Notes: a model not told the origin generated them from the sequence alone. 64,000 nucleotides of DNA from an uncultured Erysipelotrichaceae bacterium (GCA_963535465.1 CAUSWF010000007.1:1692-65691); one strand, 5' to 3'; positions 10,285-20,169 are shown, counted from the first letter of the stretch. Numbers and translations: made by a program.

Positions 10285-11756
10285 TATAAATTTATATTAT
10301 AAGTTTTACCATTTTTATCTTCTACTTTGCCTGATTTATAAAATTTATATTGATCAAAAACTTCATCTTCTACTACTTCTTTTAACTTATTAATAATTTC
10401 TTCTTTAGTCATATTATATAGTTTAGAAGCCTCATCTAATCCGATTACATATTCTTCTTTCTTTTCATATCCTTCTACATAAGAATCAGTATCTTCCCAT
10501 TCTTTTACATCATCTTCATCTACTTCTCCCTTAGGAGGCATACTAGTTAAAGCTTCTATCTTACCATCTTTTGTAACTTCTAAATCAGATAAACTAATCT
10601 TAGCTTCTTTATCATTAAGGAAATAAACATATAAATCATCACCTATTTGATTAACTGCACTAACTACTACACCATAATACTTAGCTACAAACTTTTTCTT
10701 AGCTTCTATTACTTTATAGTCATCTTCCTTCTTCTCTTCTTTATTATTATATTCCTTTCCCCAACCTGCTTTAGTAGGTTTTTCTTCTGGATGTAAAATA
10801 TAATATTTAAATGTTGCGACTACATCTTTTGCACTATACTTACCAAAAGTACCACTCTTTGCAAAAGAGGCAATATCTTTTATAGAAACATTATGATAAT
10901 GATTTATATGAGGAACAATAAATTGTTTTTCACTAAATTTTACAACTTTACCAAATGTATTATCACTATCACCATATCCTACAAGACCAGGTAGTAAATT
11001 AGAAAATACATCTACCTTCTCATCTTTTGGAATAACTAACTTAGCTTCCACTTCTTCATATGTAAATAACTCGTCATCATTTGCCTCTTCAGTTGGCTTT
11101 AAATATTCTCCTATAGTAATTCCAGGATATACTTTTCTAGGATCTTCTCCTCTATATATATAATCTGCTTCCTCACCATTTGCCATAATTAAATGCCAGT
11201 GATCTCCATGTCTTAGAGCTTTAACAATTCTCTTAGGATCATTATCATCTTGAACAATAGGACTCTCTTCCTTATGTTCTAATCTACTAATATGACTATC
11301 ATTATATTCTTCTATATTTATATAAGGAAATAAACTACTAGGATTATCATATGTTAAAACTTCACTTCCATCTCCTAAATATACATGATAGTGATCTCCA
11401 TGTATTTTTATACTTCTAACATCTTTACCAATCAAACTACTAGCTTTAACAACTTTTACTATACCTAAATTATTAATATTACCACCACTCTTAGAAGGAT
11501 CAGTATAAGTAATATGTTCTTTACCATCCTTTGTAAAAACATGCCAGTGATCTCCATGTTTAACCACTCTATCAATTTGACTACTATCAACCTGATCATC
11601 AACTAAAACAGATGTAGTATCATCTACCGCATAAGTAACTTTCTTAGGCTTAAAAGTATAATCTTTAGTGTCTTTTTTATTACCACTATTTACACTATTC
11701 AAACCAACAATAAAACCACAAATAAATATAAATATACCTAATATTATTTTTTTCAT
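10284..11756 (-). CDS. histidine-triad (Pht-like) surface protein
   Basis: Four HxxHxH triads (HGDHWH twice, HGDHYH, HINHYH). N-terminal signal/anchor. Lies directly downstream of the zinc ABC operon, as the streptococcal pht genes do. Confidence 0.75.
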   Translation of the reverse strand: MKKIILGIFIFICGFIVGLNSVNSGNKKDTKDYTFKPKKVTYAVDDTTSVLVDDQVDSSQIDRVVKHGDHWHVFTKDGKEHITYTDPSKSGGNINNLGIVKVVKASSLIGKDVRSIKIHGDHYHVYLGDGSEVLTYDNPSSLFPYINIEEYNDSHISRLEHKEESPIVQDDNDPKRIVKALRHGDHWHLIMANGEEADYIYRGEDPRKVYPGITIGEYLKPTEEANDDELFTYEEVEAKLVIPKDEKVDVFSNLLPGLVGYGDSDNTFGKVVKFSEKQFIVPHINHYHNVSIKDIASFAKSGTFGKYSAKDVVATFKYYILHPEEKPTKAGWGKEYNNKEEKKEDDYKVIEAKKKFVAKYYGVVVSAVNQIGDDLYVYFLNDKEAKISLSDLEVTKDGKIEALTSMPPKGEVDEDDVKEWEDTDSYVEGYEKKEEYVIGLDEASKLYNMTKEEIINKLKEVVEDEVFDQYKFYKSGKVEDKNGKTYNINL

Positions 11757-11757
11757 A

Positions 11758-12552
11758 TTACCTCCTCTTAAATATAAATGAAATAACTAAAAATATCGCT
11801 GCAACAAGTACAATAACTGAACCTGGTTTTAAATTAAAATAATAAGAAATTATAAGTCCAAGATAAATATATAGTATTGATAAAACAATAGATATAACTA
11901 AAGTATCTTTATAACTTCTACTAAATTGCATAGCACTTATTACTGGAATAACTAATAAAGATGAAACTATTAAAGAACCAATTGTCTTAGCCGCAATACT
12001 AATCGCAATACCAGATAGTAATGTAAATATAAAATTAATTAACTTAGTATTAACTCCAAGTATCTTAGCACTATTACTATCAAAAGTAGATAAATATAAC
12101 TCTTTATAAATAACTTTATAAATTATTAAAACTATTATAAACATAATAATTACTAAATAAAATTCACTATCACTAATCGTAACAATAGATCCAAACAAAT
12201 AAGAACTAATAGAATTAGAATTACCAGTAAAACTAGTAAATATACCTGCAAGACCTATAGATATCGCAAGTATTATCACAGTAGATATTTCTTCATATGA
12301 TTTTAATTTCTCTCTTATATATTCAATAGAAAGACCTGCTACACTACAAACTACTATAGAAGAAAGTATTGGATTTATCCCTAAAAAAAGTCCTATAGAA
12401 ACACCTGCTAAAGAAGCATGTGACAAACTATCTCCCATCATAGATAATCTCTTTAATATAATAGGAAGACCAATTAAAGGTAAAATAATAGCTAATATTC
12501 CACCTACTATAAATGCTCTTCTCATAAATTCATAACCAAGTATATCAAGCAT
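11758..12552 (-). CDS. metal (Zn/Mn) ABC transporter permease, ABC-3 family
   Basis: About 8 TM segments with typical ZnuB/AdcB layout. Sits between the ATPase gene and the pht-like gene. Confidence 0.85.
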   Translation of the reverse strand: MLDILGYEFMRRAFIVGGILAIILPLIGLPIILKRLSMMGDSLSHASLAGVSIGLFLGINPILSSIVVCSVAGLSIEYIREKLKSYEEISTVIILAISIGLAGIFTSFTGNSNSISSYLFGSIVTISDSEFYLVIIMFIIVLIIYKVIYKELYLSTFDSNSAKILGVNTKLINFIFTLLSGIAISIAAKTIGSLIVSSLLVIPVISAMQFSRSYKDTLVISIVLSILYIYLGLIISYYFNLKPGSVIVLVAAIFLVISFIFKRR

Positions 12553-13198
12553 TTACTCCTCCTATTACTCCATCTTTTATCTCAAATACCTTATCAGCAT
12601 ACTTCTTCGCATCACTTAAATTATGTGTAACCATAATTATAGTCTTCCCATTTCTACTTAACTCTTTTAATAACTCATATAATGTTATAGAAAACTTAGA
12701 ATCAATACCAGTAGTAGGCTCATCTAAAATAATAAGTTTAGCATCTTTTATTAAAGCTAATAATAATCCAAATCTTTGTAATTGTCCTCCACTAAGTTCA
12801 CTAAGTCTCTTATTAGAACATCTTTCTAAATTAACTAATTTTAAATATTTAGACACATCTCTATCTTTCTTCAAATAAGATAAATGTATATCAACAGCCT
12901 CACTAACAGTAGTAGGAAAATTACGATATCCATTGACCGCATTTTGAGATATATAAGAAATATCTTTATAATGATTATTCTTATCTATATAATCTCCAAA
13001 TAACTTAATTTTCTTATAACTTTTTAAATTACCAAGAATTAAATTAAGTAAAGTAGATTTACCAACACCATTTTCTCCAATTATTAAATCAAACTCTTTT
13101 TCTTTAACTACTAAATTAATATCTTTTAATATTTTATTTTTATCATATCCAAACGATAAATTATTAATTTCAACTACATTATTCATTAAATGATTCAA
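12545..13198 (-). CDS. metal ABC transporter ATP-binding protein
   Basis: Walker A GENGVGKST, signature LSGGQLQR, Walker B LIILDEP. Confidence 0.9.
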   Translation of the reverse strand: MNHLMNNVVEINNLSFGYDKNKILKDINLVVKEKEFDLIIGENGVGKSTLLNLILGNLKSYKKIKLFGDYIDKNNHYKDISYISQNAVNGYRNFPTTVSEAVDIHLSYLKKDRDVSKYLKLVNLERCSNKRLSELSGGQLQRFGLLLALIKDAKLIILDEPTTGIDSKFSITLYELLKELSRNGKTIIMVTHNLSDAKKYADKVFEIKDGVIGGVNA

Positions 13199-14114
13199 CC
13201 AACTTCTCTAAATTATATTTCATAAGTCCTACATAACCTTTTTTTGATTCTTCCTTAGTTAAAGATTCCATAGTATATAAAGTAGAAGTACGAGCTCCAG
13301 TATTTTTAGCTAAAGTCTCTGCTACTTTAGGAGTAGCTTTACCTTCAAAAAATATTGTCTTAATATTATGTTTTTTAGTAAAATCAGCTATTTCTTTTAA
13401 TTGTTTAGCAGTAGGCTCATCTTCAGGTGATATACCAGTAACCGCAACTTGTTTTAAATTATAATCTTTTGCTAAATAATTAAATGCTGCATGTGATACT
13501 ACAAAGTATTTTTCACTACTCTTAACACTACTTAATTTACTTTCAAATTCTTTGTCTAATTCTTTTAATTCATTTGTTAATTTATCAAAATTTTTCTTAT
13601 AATAATTCTTATTATTACTATCTATTGATACTAATTTAGTATAAATAGTATCTGCCTCTATTATTGCATTCTTAATACTTAACCAAGTATGAGGATTAAC
13701 ATCATGATGATGTTTATCTTCTTCATGATCATCATGATCATCATCGCTCTCATCTTTTCCTTTTAATAAAGTTAGTCCTTGTGATAAATCTAAATACTTA
13801 TTATCATCTTTACTAATAGATTTTAAATCATCAATAAAACTCTCCATAGAAGCCCCATTATATACTATTAAATCAGCCTTAACTATCTTAGTCATATCAT
13901 TAGCCTTTAATTCAAAGTCATGTGGTTCTTGATTATCTTTTATTATCATTCTAACATCAAATTTATCACCTGCTATAGACTTAACTAAATCATATACAGG
14001 AAAAAATGTCGTATAGATTACTCTCTTCTTACTAACTTCTCTCTTTCTAAAACATCCAGTAGTAACAACTACTCCCAATATTAATACAAATATCAATTTA
14101 AAAAACTTTTTCAT
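13179..14114 (-). CDS. zinc ABC transporter substrate-binding lipoprotein (ZnuA/AdcA-like)
   Basis: Lipobox TTGC. His/Asp-rich loop DESDDDHDDHEEDKHHHD, typical of Zn-specific cluster A-I binding proteins. Confidence 0.85.
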   Translation of the reverse strand: MKKFFKLIFVLILGVVVTTGCFRKREVSKKRVIYTTFFPVYDLVKSIAGDKFDVRMIIKDNQEPHDFELKANDMTKIVKADLIVYNGASMESFIDDLKSISKDDNKYLDLSQGLTLLKGKDESDDDHDDHEEDKHHHDVNPHTWLSIKNAIIEADTIYTKLVSIDSNNKNYYKKNFDKLTNELKELDKEFESKLSSVKSSEKYFVVSHAAFNYLAKDYNLKQVAVTGISPEDEPTAKQLKEIADFTKKHNIKTIFFEGKATPKVAETLAKNTGARTSTLYTMESLTKEESKKGYVGLMKYNLEKLVESFNE

Positions 14115-14131
14115 ATTTCCTCCGCATATTA

Positions 14132-14160
14132 ATTTTATATGTTTAATAATATATTGTCAA
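14132..14160 (-). promoter_or_regulatory. promoter of zinc-uptake operon
   Basis: TTGACA, 17 nt, then TAAAAT. It lies about 20 nt upstream of the RBS GCGGAGG. Confidence 0.6.
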
Positions 14161-14163
14161 TAC

Positions 14164-14186
14164 AATTTGAAAATATTTTTCAAATT
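14164..14186 (-). promoter_or_regulatory. 10-bp-arm palindrome next to the -35 of the zinc operon, candidate operator
   Basis: AATTTGAAAA-TAT-TTTTCAAATT, a perfect inverted repeat between the lepB terminator and the TTGACA box. Confidence 0.3.
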
Positions 14187-14209
14187 AAAAAGAGTAGTCA
14201 AACTACTCT
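14186..14209 (-). terminator. terminator after lepB
   Basis: AGAGTAGT-TTG-ACTACTCT followed by U5. Confidence 0.7.
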
Positions 14210-14730
14210 ACATTACCAAATCTACTTATAGGAAATATAATATGCTTCGCAACTCCCTTAATAGAACTCCTATCAAAATATCCTAACATTCTACTATCTT
14301 CAGAAACTCCTCTATTGTCTCCCATTAAATAATATTTGTTCTTAGGTACTTCTACTACATATCCACATATATCATATGAATAATTACATGTATCTTTTAT
14401 AGCATTATCATTTAAATATTTTTCCTTATATTCTTCGCCATTAATATATAATTTATTATTAGAATATAATAACTTATCTGAAGGCAATCCAATAACTCTT
14501 TTAATTATATAAGTACCATTAACATTCGCAACTACTATATCTCCTCTTTTAATAGGTCTAAATCTTAAACCTATCTCATTAAGTATCATAATATCTCCAT
14601 CTACTAAATTAGGATTCATAGATGTTCCTTTTACTCTAACTGGATATATAACTAATTCTTTAATAATAATAATTACTAACAATATAATTAAATAAGGTAA
14701 TACATCTTTCTTAAAATTTATTTTATTCAT
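14203..14730 (-). CDS. lepB: signal peptidase I
   Basis: GTSMNP (Ser), KRVIGLP (Lys) and GDNRGVSEDSR boxes. Confidence 0.9.
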   Translation of the reverse strand: MNKINFKKDVLPYLIILLVIIIIKELVIYPVRVKGTSMNPNLVDGDIMILNEIGLRFRPIKRGDIVVANVNGTYIIKRVIGLPSDKLLYSNNKLYINGEEYKEKYLNDNAIKDTCNYSYDICGYVVEVPKNKYYLMGDNRGVSEDSRMLGYFDRSSIKGVAKHIIFPISRFGNVE

Positions 14731-14744
14731 AACCCCTCCTAAAG

Positions 14745-14766
14745 AAAAAATAAGGCAAAAGCCTTA
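14745..14766 (-). terminator. terminator after rplS
   Basis: TAAGGC-TTTT-GCCTTA followed by U6. Confidence 0.65.
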
Positions 14767-15111
14767 TTATTTAGTTCCTCTTTCTTTAATACGATAAGCG
14801 CTCTTTCTACCCTTAAGGAAGTTAAGTTTAGCTCTTCTAACTTTACCTTTACGAACTACTGTTATAGCAGCAATTTGTGGTGAGTGAATTGGGAATACTC
14901 TGTTTACTCCAACTCCTCCTGAAATCTTACGAACAGTGAAAGTTTCAGAAACTGATCCACCTTTCTTAGAAGTAACTATTCCTTCATAAGCTTGGATACG
15001 ACTTCTTTTTCCTTCAATGATCTTAACATCAACTCTTACAGTATCTCCTACACGGAATTCTGGAACATTAGGATTAATTTGTTTAGCATTAATCTTGTCA
15101 ATAACGTTCAT
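14767..15111 (-). CDS. rplS: 50S ribosomal protein L19
   Basis: Clear L19 sequence. Start trimmed to MNVIDK, preceded by GAGAGGAG. Confidence 0.95.
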   Translation of the reverse strand: MNVIDKINAKQINPNVPEFRVGDTVRVDVKIIEGKRSRIQAYEGIVTSKKGGSVSETFTVRKISGGVGVNRVFPIHSPQIAAITVVRKGKVRRAKLNFLKGRKSAYRIKERGTK

Positions 15112-15220
15112 ATTAAGTCTCCTCTCTATACATATTATCAAAATGATCACAATCTATATCTTTGATATTAGTAGTTCCTAGAACACCATATCCTAATTGG
15201 CGGATCACTTCTAATTGACG
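15112..15220 (-). promoter_or_regulatory. roughly 110-nt 5' UTR of rplS, candidate ribosomal-protein (L19-type) leader
   Basis: A consensus promoter at 15227-15255 leaves a long untranslated leader before the rplS RBS. I did not verify its structure. Confidence 0.3.
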
Positions 15221-15226
15221 TTTAAA

Positions 15227-15255
15227 ATTATAACACACTACTATTAATAATTCAA
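15227..15255 (-). promoter_or_regulatory. promoter of rplS
   Basis: TTGAAT, 17 nt, then TATAAT. Confidence 0.65.
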
Positions 15256-15266
15256 GCATTATACAA

Positions 15267-16703
15267 TTATTTATCTTCTAAATCAGCTTCCTTTAATGTG
15301 TATTTATATATTACATCTCTATCTTCTAAATAGAATTCACTCTTTACATTATTAACTCTAGTATAAACAATAGGCTTATTAATCATCTTTCTAACATTTA
15401 CTAATTCTTCTATACTAGATACTTTTATTAATTTAGAATCACTAGGAGCATAATAATCTCCTACACTATTTATAATATCTTTTTCATAAGTAGTTAATAT
15501 TTCATTCAATCTAGTTAAATATTTATTGCCCTTAACTACATACTTATTTATAAAATCAACCATATGAGTTAATACTAATAATCCAAGTAAAGTAAATATT
15601 GCAAAAAGTATAATATATACTAATCTATATTTATTCCACATAGTATCAGGAGACTTTTCTTCATAACTACTTTCTCCAATAGAAGTAGTAGTAATTCTAA
15701 ACTCTTCTTCTCCCAAAGGCATCACAACAGATGCTGCCTCTTCAGTCTTATCATGACTATCAACATATAGTACTATAGAAAGCTCATATCTACCTGCATT
15801 AGGTATATTTTTAACATATTCCATAGCTTGATTTTTATATTTATCATAATTAACATCTATTGTTGTAGAAAAAGATATATCTTCTCCATAACCACTATTT
15901 TGTTTAGCATAAGTTAAATCGTCTTCATATTGATTAATTACTTTATTAGTTGCTTTATCATATATAGTTATTCTCGCAACACCATAATATCTATAAAAAT
16001 ACTTAACTTTATGAGCATACTTCATATTATAACCAAATCCAGCTCTTACATATGAAATATCATTAGTATTATATACCCTATTTTGTCCAACACAAACTCC
16101 ATCTTTCTTACAAACAGAATAAGTAGAACTAGATTGTTCTAATACTCTAATACTATTATCTTTAGTAGTATATGTAGCCTTATATGCAAAAAATGCCGCT
16201 ACTATAAAAAATATTATAGAAGTAATTAAACCACTCGCAACTCTCGCTTCATATGAGAAATAAAACTTACGTGGTTTCACTTCACCACTTAAATTTATGA
16301 CTTCTTCCTTTTTCTCATAATTATCATAATTATCACTAAATTTAAAGTAGTTTTCTTTTTCTTCTTTTTCTTCTATCTCTACATGAGGAGTATCTAAATT
16401 AAATTGATTTATATCATTATTATCTAATATATCTAACTCTTCAATCTTATCATTTATCTTTATATTTTTTAATTCTACTTTATCATTAGATACTTTAGTA
16501 TTAACATTAGACTTTTTTAAAGTATCTTTACTTTTCTTTATACTAATATTTTTCTTAGCAGTACTCTTTTTAACATTAGTATTTTTCTTAGTATTATCCT
16601 TATCTTTTTCTTTAACACTCTTATAATTAGATTTCTTTCTATAATACTCTTTTTTAGTACTCTTACTACTATTCTTTCCTTTTTTCTTAACACTATCAGC
16701 CAT
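15267..16703 (-). CDS. hypothetical bitopic membrane protein with Lys-rich disordered N-terminus
   Basis: About 90-aa K/S/N-rich N-terminus. Two TM helices flank a roughly 190-aa extracytoplasmic domain. No motif recognised. Confidence 0.5.
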   Translation of the reverse strand: MADSVKKKGKNSSKSTKKEYYRKKSNYKSVKEKDKDNTKKNTNVKKSTAKKNISIKKSKDTLKKSNVNTKVSNDKVELKNIKINDKIEELDILDNNDINQFNLDTPHVEIEEKEEKENYFKFSDNYDNYEKKEEVINLSGEVKPRKFYFSYEARVASGLITSIIFFIVAAFFAYKATYTTKDNSIRVLEQSSSTYSVCKKDGVCVGQNRVYNTNDISYVRAGFGYNMKYAHKVKYFYRYYGVARITIYDKATNKVINQYEDDLTYAKQNSGYGEDISFSTTIDVNYDKYKNQAMEYVKNIPNAGRYELSIVLYVDSHDKTEEAASVVMPLGEEEFRITTTSIGESSYEEKSPDTMWNKYRLVYIILFAIFTLLGLLVLTHMVDFINKYVVKGNKYLTRLNEILTTYEKDIINSVGDYYAPSDSKLIKVSSIEELVNVRKMINKPIVYTRVNNVKSEFYLEDRDVIYKYTLKEADLEDK

Positions 16704-16762
16704 ATTATCACCCTAATCTCTACTATAAATAGTATACAACACAAAATAAAAAAAGAAAATAT

Positions 16763-17185
16763 CTATTTCCCTTTTCCATGACTTATTTCTTTTAAATATT
16801 GATTTTTAATCTCTAACTGTTTTAGTGCTTTCTTCTTTAATAATTGAAGCTTATTACTCATCTTCTTTAGTTCTTTCTCATTTAAATATTCTCTATATTT
16901 ATTCTTAACTTGTTTTCTAAATCTTTCTATATGATCAAGTACCCTAACTGCTCCATCATCATCATCCCCTGTTAAATCATCTATCGCATCACTTATTAAT
17001 TTATTATATCTTGCACTAACTATTTTAGAAATAAAACTACATTTTAAATCATCATCAACTAATAAAAAATTACTAATATCATGTCCACTAATATTACCAC
17101 TCTTATCTTTAAGCGTATTAAAACCATCTAGTTCTACTAATACTTTTTTACATACTTCAATTTCTTTATTAGTTAATTTATACAT
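16763..17185 (-). CDS. hypothetical protein (acidic patch, C-terminal coiled coil)
   Basis: ORF with RBS AGAGAGGT, tightly packed after trmD. Confidence 0.45.
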   Translation of the reverse strand: MYKLTNKEIEVCKKVLVELDGFNTLKDKSGNISGHDISNFLLVDDDLKCSFISKIVSARYNKLISDAIDDLTGDDDDGAVRVLDHIERFRKQVKNKYREYLNEKELKKMSNKLQLLKKKALKQLEIKNQYLKEISHGKGK

Positions 17186-17186
17186 A

Positions 17187-17852
17187 TTACCTCTCTAATA
17201 AATCAGGTCTTTTTTCTCTAGTTCTTTTAATTGCCTCATTCATTCTATATTCTTCTATTTTTGCATGATCTCCATTTAATAATACTTCCGGTACATCCAT
17301 ACCCATAAAACTTCTAGGTTTTGTATACGTAGGATAATCAAGTAAATTATTATTAAAAGAATCATTAATATGACTAGAAGTATTAATAACTCCTGGTATC
17401 AATCTTACTATACTATCAACTATCGCACAAGCCGCTATCTCTCCTCCAGTAAGTATATAATCTCCAATAGATATTTCCATATCAACCAAACTTCTTATCC
17501 TCTCATCAAATCCCTCATAATGACCACATATTAATATTATATGTTTATAAGTACTTAATTTATAAGCTATATCTTGCTTATATTGTACACCATCTGGTGT
17601 CAAAAGTATAACAAGTGAATCTTTAGTTCTTATATCTTTTAAAGCATCATATATAGGTTGAACCATTAAAACCATTCCAGCTCCTCCACCATATGGAGTA
17701 TCATCTACCTTATTATGTTTATCATCAGTGTAATCTCTAAAATTAACTATATTAATTTCTACTTTTTTTAAATCTATTGCACGCTTAATAATAGACTCAC
17801 TAAATACACCATTAAACATCTCTGGAAATATTGAAAGTATATCTATTTTCAT
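17187..17852 (-). CDS. trmD: tRNA (guanine37-N1)-methyltransferase
   Basis: Typical TrmD sequence (DDTPYGGGAGMV, GHYEGFDERI). Confidence 0.95.
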   Translation of the reverse strand: MKIDILSIFPEMFNGVFSESIIKRAIDLKKVEINIVNFRDYTDDKHNKVDDTPYGGGAGMVLMVQPIYDALKDIRTKDSLVILLTPDGVQYKQDIAYKLSTYKHIILICGHYEGFDERIRSLVDMEISIGDYILTGGEIAACAIVDSIVRLIPGVINTSSHINDSFNNNLLDYPTYTKPRSFMGMDVPEVLLNGDHAKIEEYRMNEAIKRTREKRPDLLER

Positions 17853-18322
17853 AATAAATCACCTACATCTACTATTATTTCTTTTTTAACTTTATCTATT
17901 TTTTTTATCATAGGAGAATTAAATGGTATTAAACATTTATTAGTTCTAATAATCTTATTAGTAGAAGATGCATAAAACACTTCTTCTATTTCTAATTCTA
18001 TTCCATTAGTATCTACTATATTATAATTTATTAAATCACTATCAAGTACCTCATTATCATCTAATATAAGTAAACTCTTATCAAAGTATACTTTCTTACC
18101 AACTAAGAATAATACTTGATTAATATTATTATACTCATCCAAGATAACCATATCAAATGTCTTATGAGGTCTATAAGTTTTAATTAAATATTTTTTATCA
18201 TCAATTATTAAACTATTACCCTTAACAAATACTTTATCTTTATATAAAAAATCACTTCTAATTCTAAGTTCTCCTTTAATACCATGAGTATTTACAATTT
18301 TACCTATATATATCTTATCCAT
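17849..18322 (-). CDS. rimM: 16S rRNA processing protein RimM
   Basis: GKIVNTHGIKGELRI N-terminus and rimM-trmD synteny. Confidence 0.85.
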   Translation of the reverse strand: MDKIYIGKIVNTHGIKGELRIRSDFLYKDKVFVKGNSLIIDDKKYLIKTYRPHKTFDMVILDEYNNINQVLFLVGKKVYFDKSLLILDDNEVLDSDLINYNIVDTNGIELEIEEVFYASSTNKIIRTNKCLIPFNSPMIKKIDKVKKEIIVDVGDLL

Positions 18323-19029
18323 TATTTACCTAATTCATATAGAAGTATACTACAAGCAACTCCCACATTCAAACTCTCTACTTTATCACTCATATTTATA
18401 TAAAGACTACTAGTTGCCATATCACTAATTATATCTCTAACACCATTTCCTTCATTACCCATAATAAGTACATAATTACTACTATTAACACCTCTAACAT
18501 CTTCTCCACAATTAACATTAGTAGTATAAATATTATTATAATTACTAAGTATATCAATAAGTTCATCTACTCCACTTACTCTATATATATTCATATGAAA
18601 TATCATGCCTTGAGTCGCTCTAACAACTTTAGGATTATATAAATCAACACATCCTTCACTAAGTATAATAGAACTAACTCCAAATGCTAAAGCACTTCTA
18701 ATAATAGTACCTAAATTACCAGGATCTTGTACTTCATCTAATACAAGTATCTTATCTCCAAAATTAGTATTAGAACTAATCTTTTTACATAATCCAATAA
18801 CTTGAGGAGGATTATCTAAACTAGTAATCTTCTTCATAACATCATGACTAACTAATATAGAATCCCTATAATTATTAGTACTATAAACTTCTACTAATAA
18901 CCCGCACTTCCTAGCCTCTTCTACTAAATGTTCTCCTTCTACTATAAACTCAAAATTTATATCTCTATATTTCTTTAAACTAAGTTTACTAAGATATTTA
19001 ACTTTATTATTACTAGTACTATCTATCAT
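18322..19029 (-). CDS. TrmH/SpoU-family RNA 2'-O-methyltransferase
   Basis: SpoU motifs DPGNLGTIIRSA, MGNEGNGV, LNVGVACSILLYE. Confidence 0.85.
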   Translation of the reverse strand: MIDSTSNNKVKYLSKLSLKKYRDINFEFIVEGEHLVEEARKCGLLVEVYSTNNYRDSILVSHDVMKKITSLDNPPQVIGLCKKISSNTNFGDKILVLDEVQDPGNLGTIIRSALAFGVSSIILSEGCVDLYNPKVVRATQGMIFHMNIYRVSGVDELIDILSNYNNIYTTNVNCGEDVRGVNSSNYVLIMGNEGNGVRDIISDMATSSLYINMSDKVESLNVGVACSILLYELGK

Positions 19030-19661
19030 AAAAACTCCTTCATTTCTTTCCTATATTTTTTATAATCACCTATATTTTCAGAAACAACTCCCCAAAATCT
19101 ACTAGAATGATCTGCATAAACTAAATGAGATAACTCGTGTACAATAACATAATCTAAATATTTAATATCTCTTTTCATAAGTTCTAGATTAAGTGTAATA
19201 ACATGAGTCTTAGTATTACATACTCCCCATCTACTCTTCATCTTACGAATTCTAAGTTTAGGATAAGGAATACTTCTAGAAAAATTATTATAGTAATAAT
19301 TTAATCTCTCTAAAAATATAACTTTAGCCTTATCTTTATAAAATTTATCTATATCAAAATCTTCTCCAATAAATACCTTATCTTCTCCAATAGATATTGT
19401 AGTATAACTAACTTTAACTATATCATATCTTTTACCTAAATAAAAAAATCCACTATTATTATTAACTCTCTTCGAAATAACTTTAACCATTTCTTCTATC
19501 TTATCTCTATTATTATTAATTAATTTAATTATTTCTCTATTAGAAGTGCCTCTATTAGTAGTAATAACCAAATTACATTCATTATCTAATCTTAAATAAG
19601 TATTCTTATTATTTTTTATTATAATTTTAATATCATTTATTCCATCTATATCTACATTCAT
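19026..19661 (-). CDS. YgjP-like (DUF45/M48-like) metal-dependent hydrolase
   Basis: HELSHLVYADHSSRFW zinc motif near the C-terminus. Confidence 0.7.
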   Translation of the reverse strand: MNVDIDGINDIKIIIKNNKNTYLRLDNECNLVITTNRGTSNREIIKLINNNRDKIEEMVKVISKRVNNNSGFFYLGKRYDIVKVSYTTISIGEDKVFIGEDFDIDKFYKDKAKVIFLERLNYYYNNFSRSIPYPKLRIRKMKSRWGVCNTKTHVITLNLELMKRDIKYLDYVIVHELSHLVYADHSSRFWGVVSENIGDYKKYRKEMKEFL

Positions 19662-19693
19662 ATTATCACTCGCATTTATTATACTATATTTAC

Positions 19694-19724
19694 AAAAGTA
19701 AAAGAAGTTATTTTACTAACTTCT
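19694..19724 (-). terminator. terminator after 19735-20160 gene
   Basis: AGAAGTTA-GTAAAA-TAACTTCT followed by UUUACUUUU. Confidence 0.6.
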
Positions 19725-19734
19725 CTTATTATAC

Positions 19735-20160
19735 TTATTTATTATCTTCTTCTATTAATACTACATCTTTTTCTTTATGATCATACTTAAATGCATAATC
19801 AACACCAGTCTTAACATCTATTTCATAATCAATTGGTCCATATGTCTCAGTAACTGTTCTATATATTATTCCAGGTCTTTGTATCATATAAGTTAAAGTA
19901 ATCTTTCTCTTTCCTGGTACAACTAATATATAAGGTTTAAAGCCCTTCGCATCAAATACAGGTTTTTCCCCATCTACTGCTTGAATATTAATTGTATAAG
20001 TCTTAAGACCAGCTACTGTTGCGATTCTTATTCTAACTGCATCTGGATGCATACTTAAGAATTCTTCTCTTCTTTCTTTTTGTTCTTTAGAATATTTTGC
20101 TGCAAATATTCCACAAAATACCATGACTGCTACCATGATTCCAATTATTATATATTGCAT
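19735..20160 (-). CDS. hypothetical N-terminally anchored protein
   Basis: One N-terminal TM helix. RBS AGGAGGA. No motif recognised. Confidence 0.5.
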   Translation of the reverse strand: MQYIIIGIMVAVMVFCGIFAAKYSKEQKERREEFLSMHPDAVRIRIATVAGLKTYTINIQAVDGEKPVFDAKGFKPYILVVPGKRKITLTYMIQRPGIIYRTVTETYGPIDYEIDVKTGVDYAFKYDHKEKDVVLIEEDNK

Positions 20161-20169
20161 ATTATCCTC

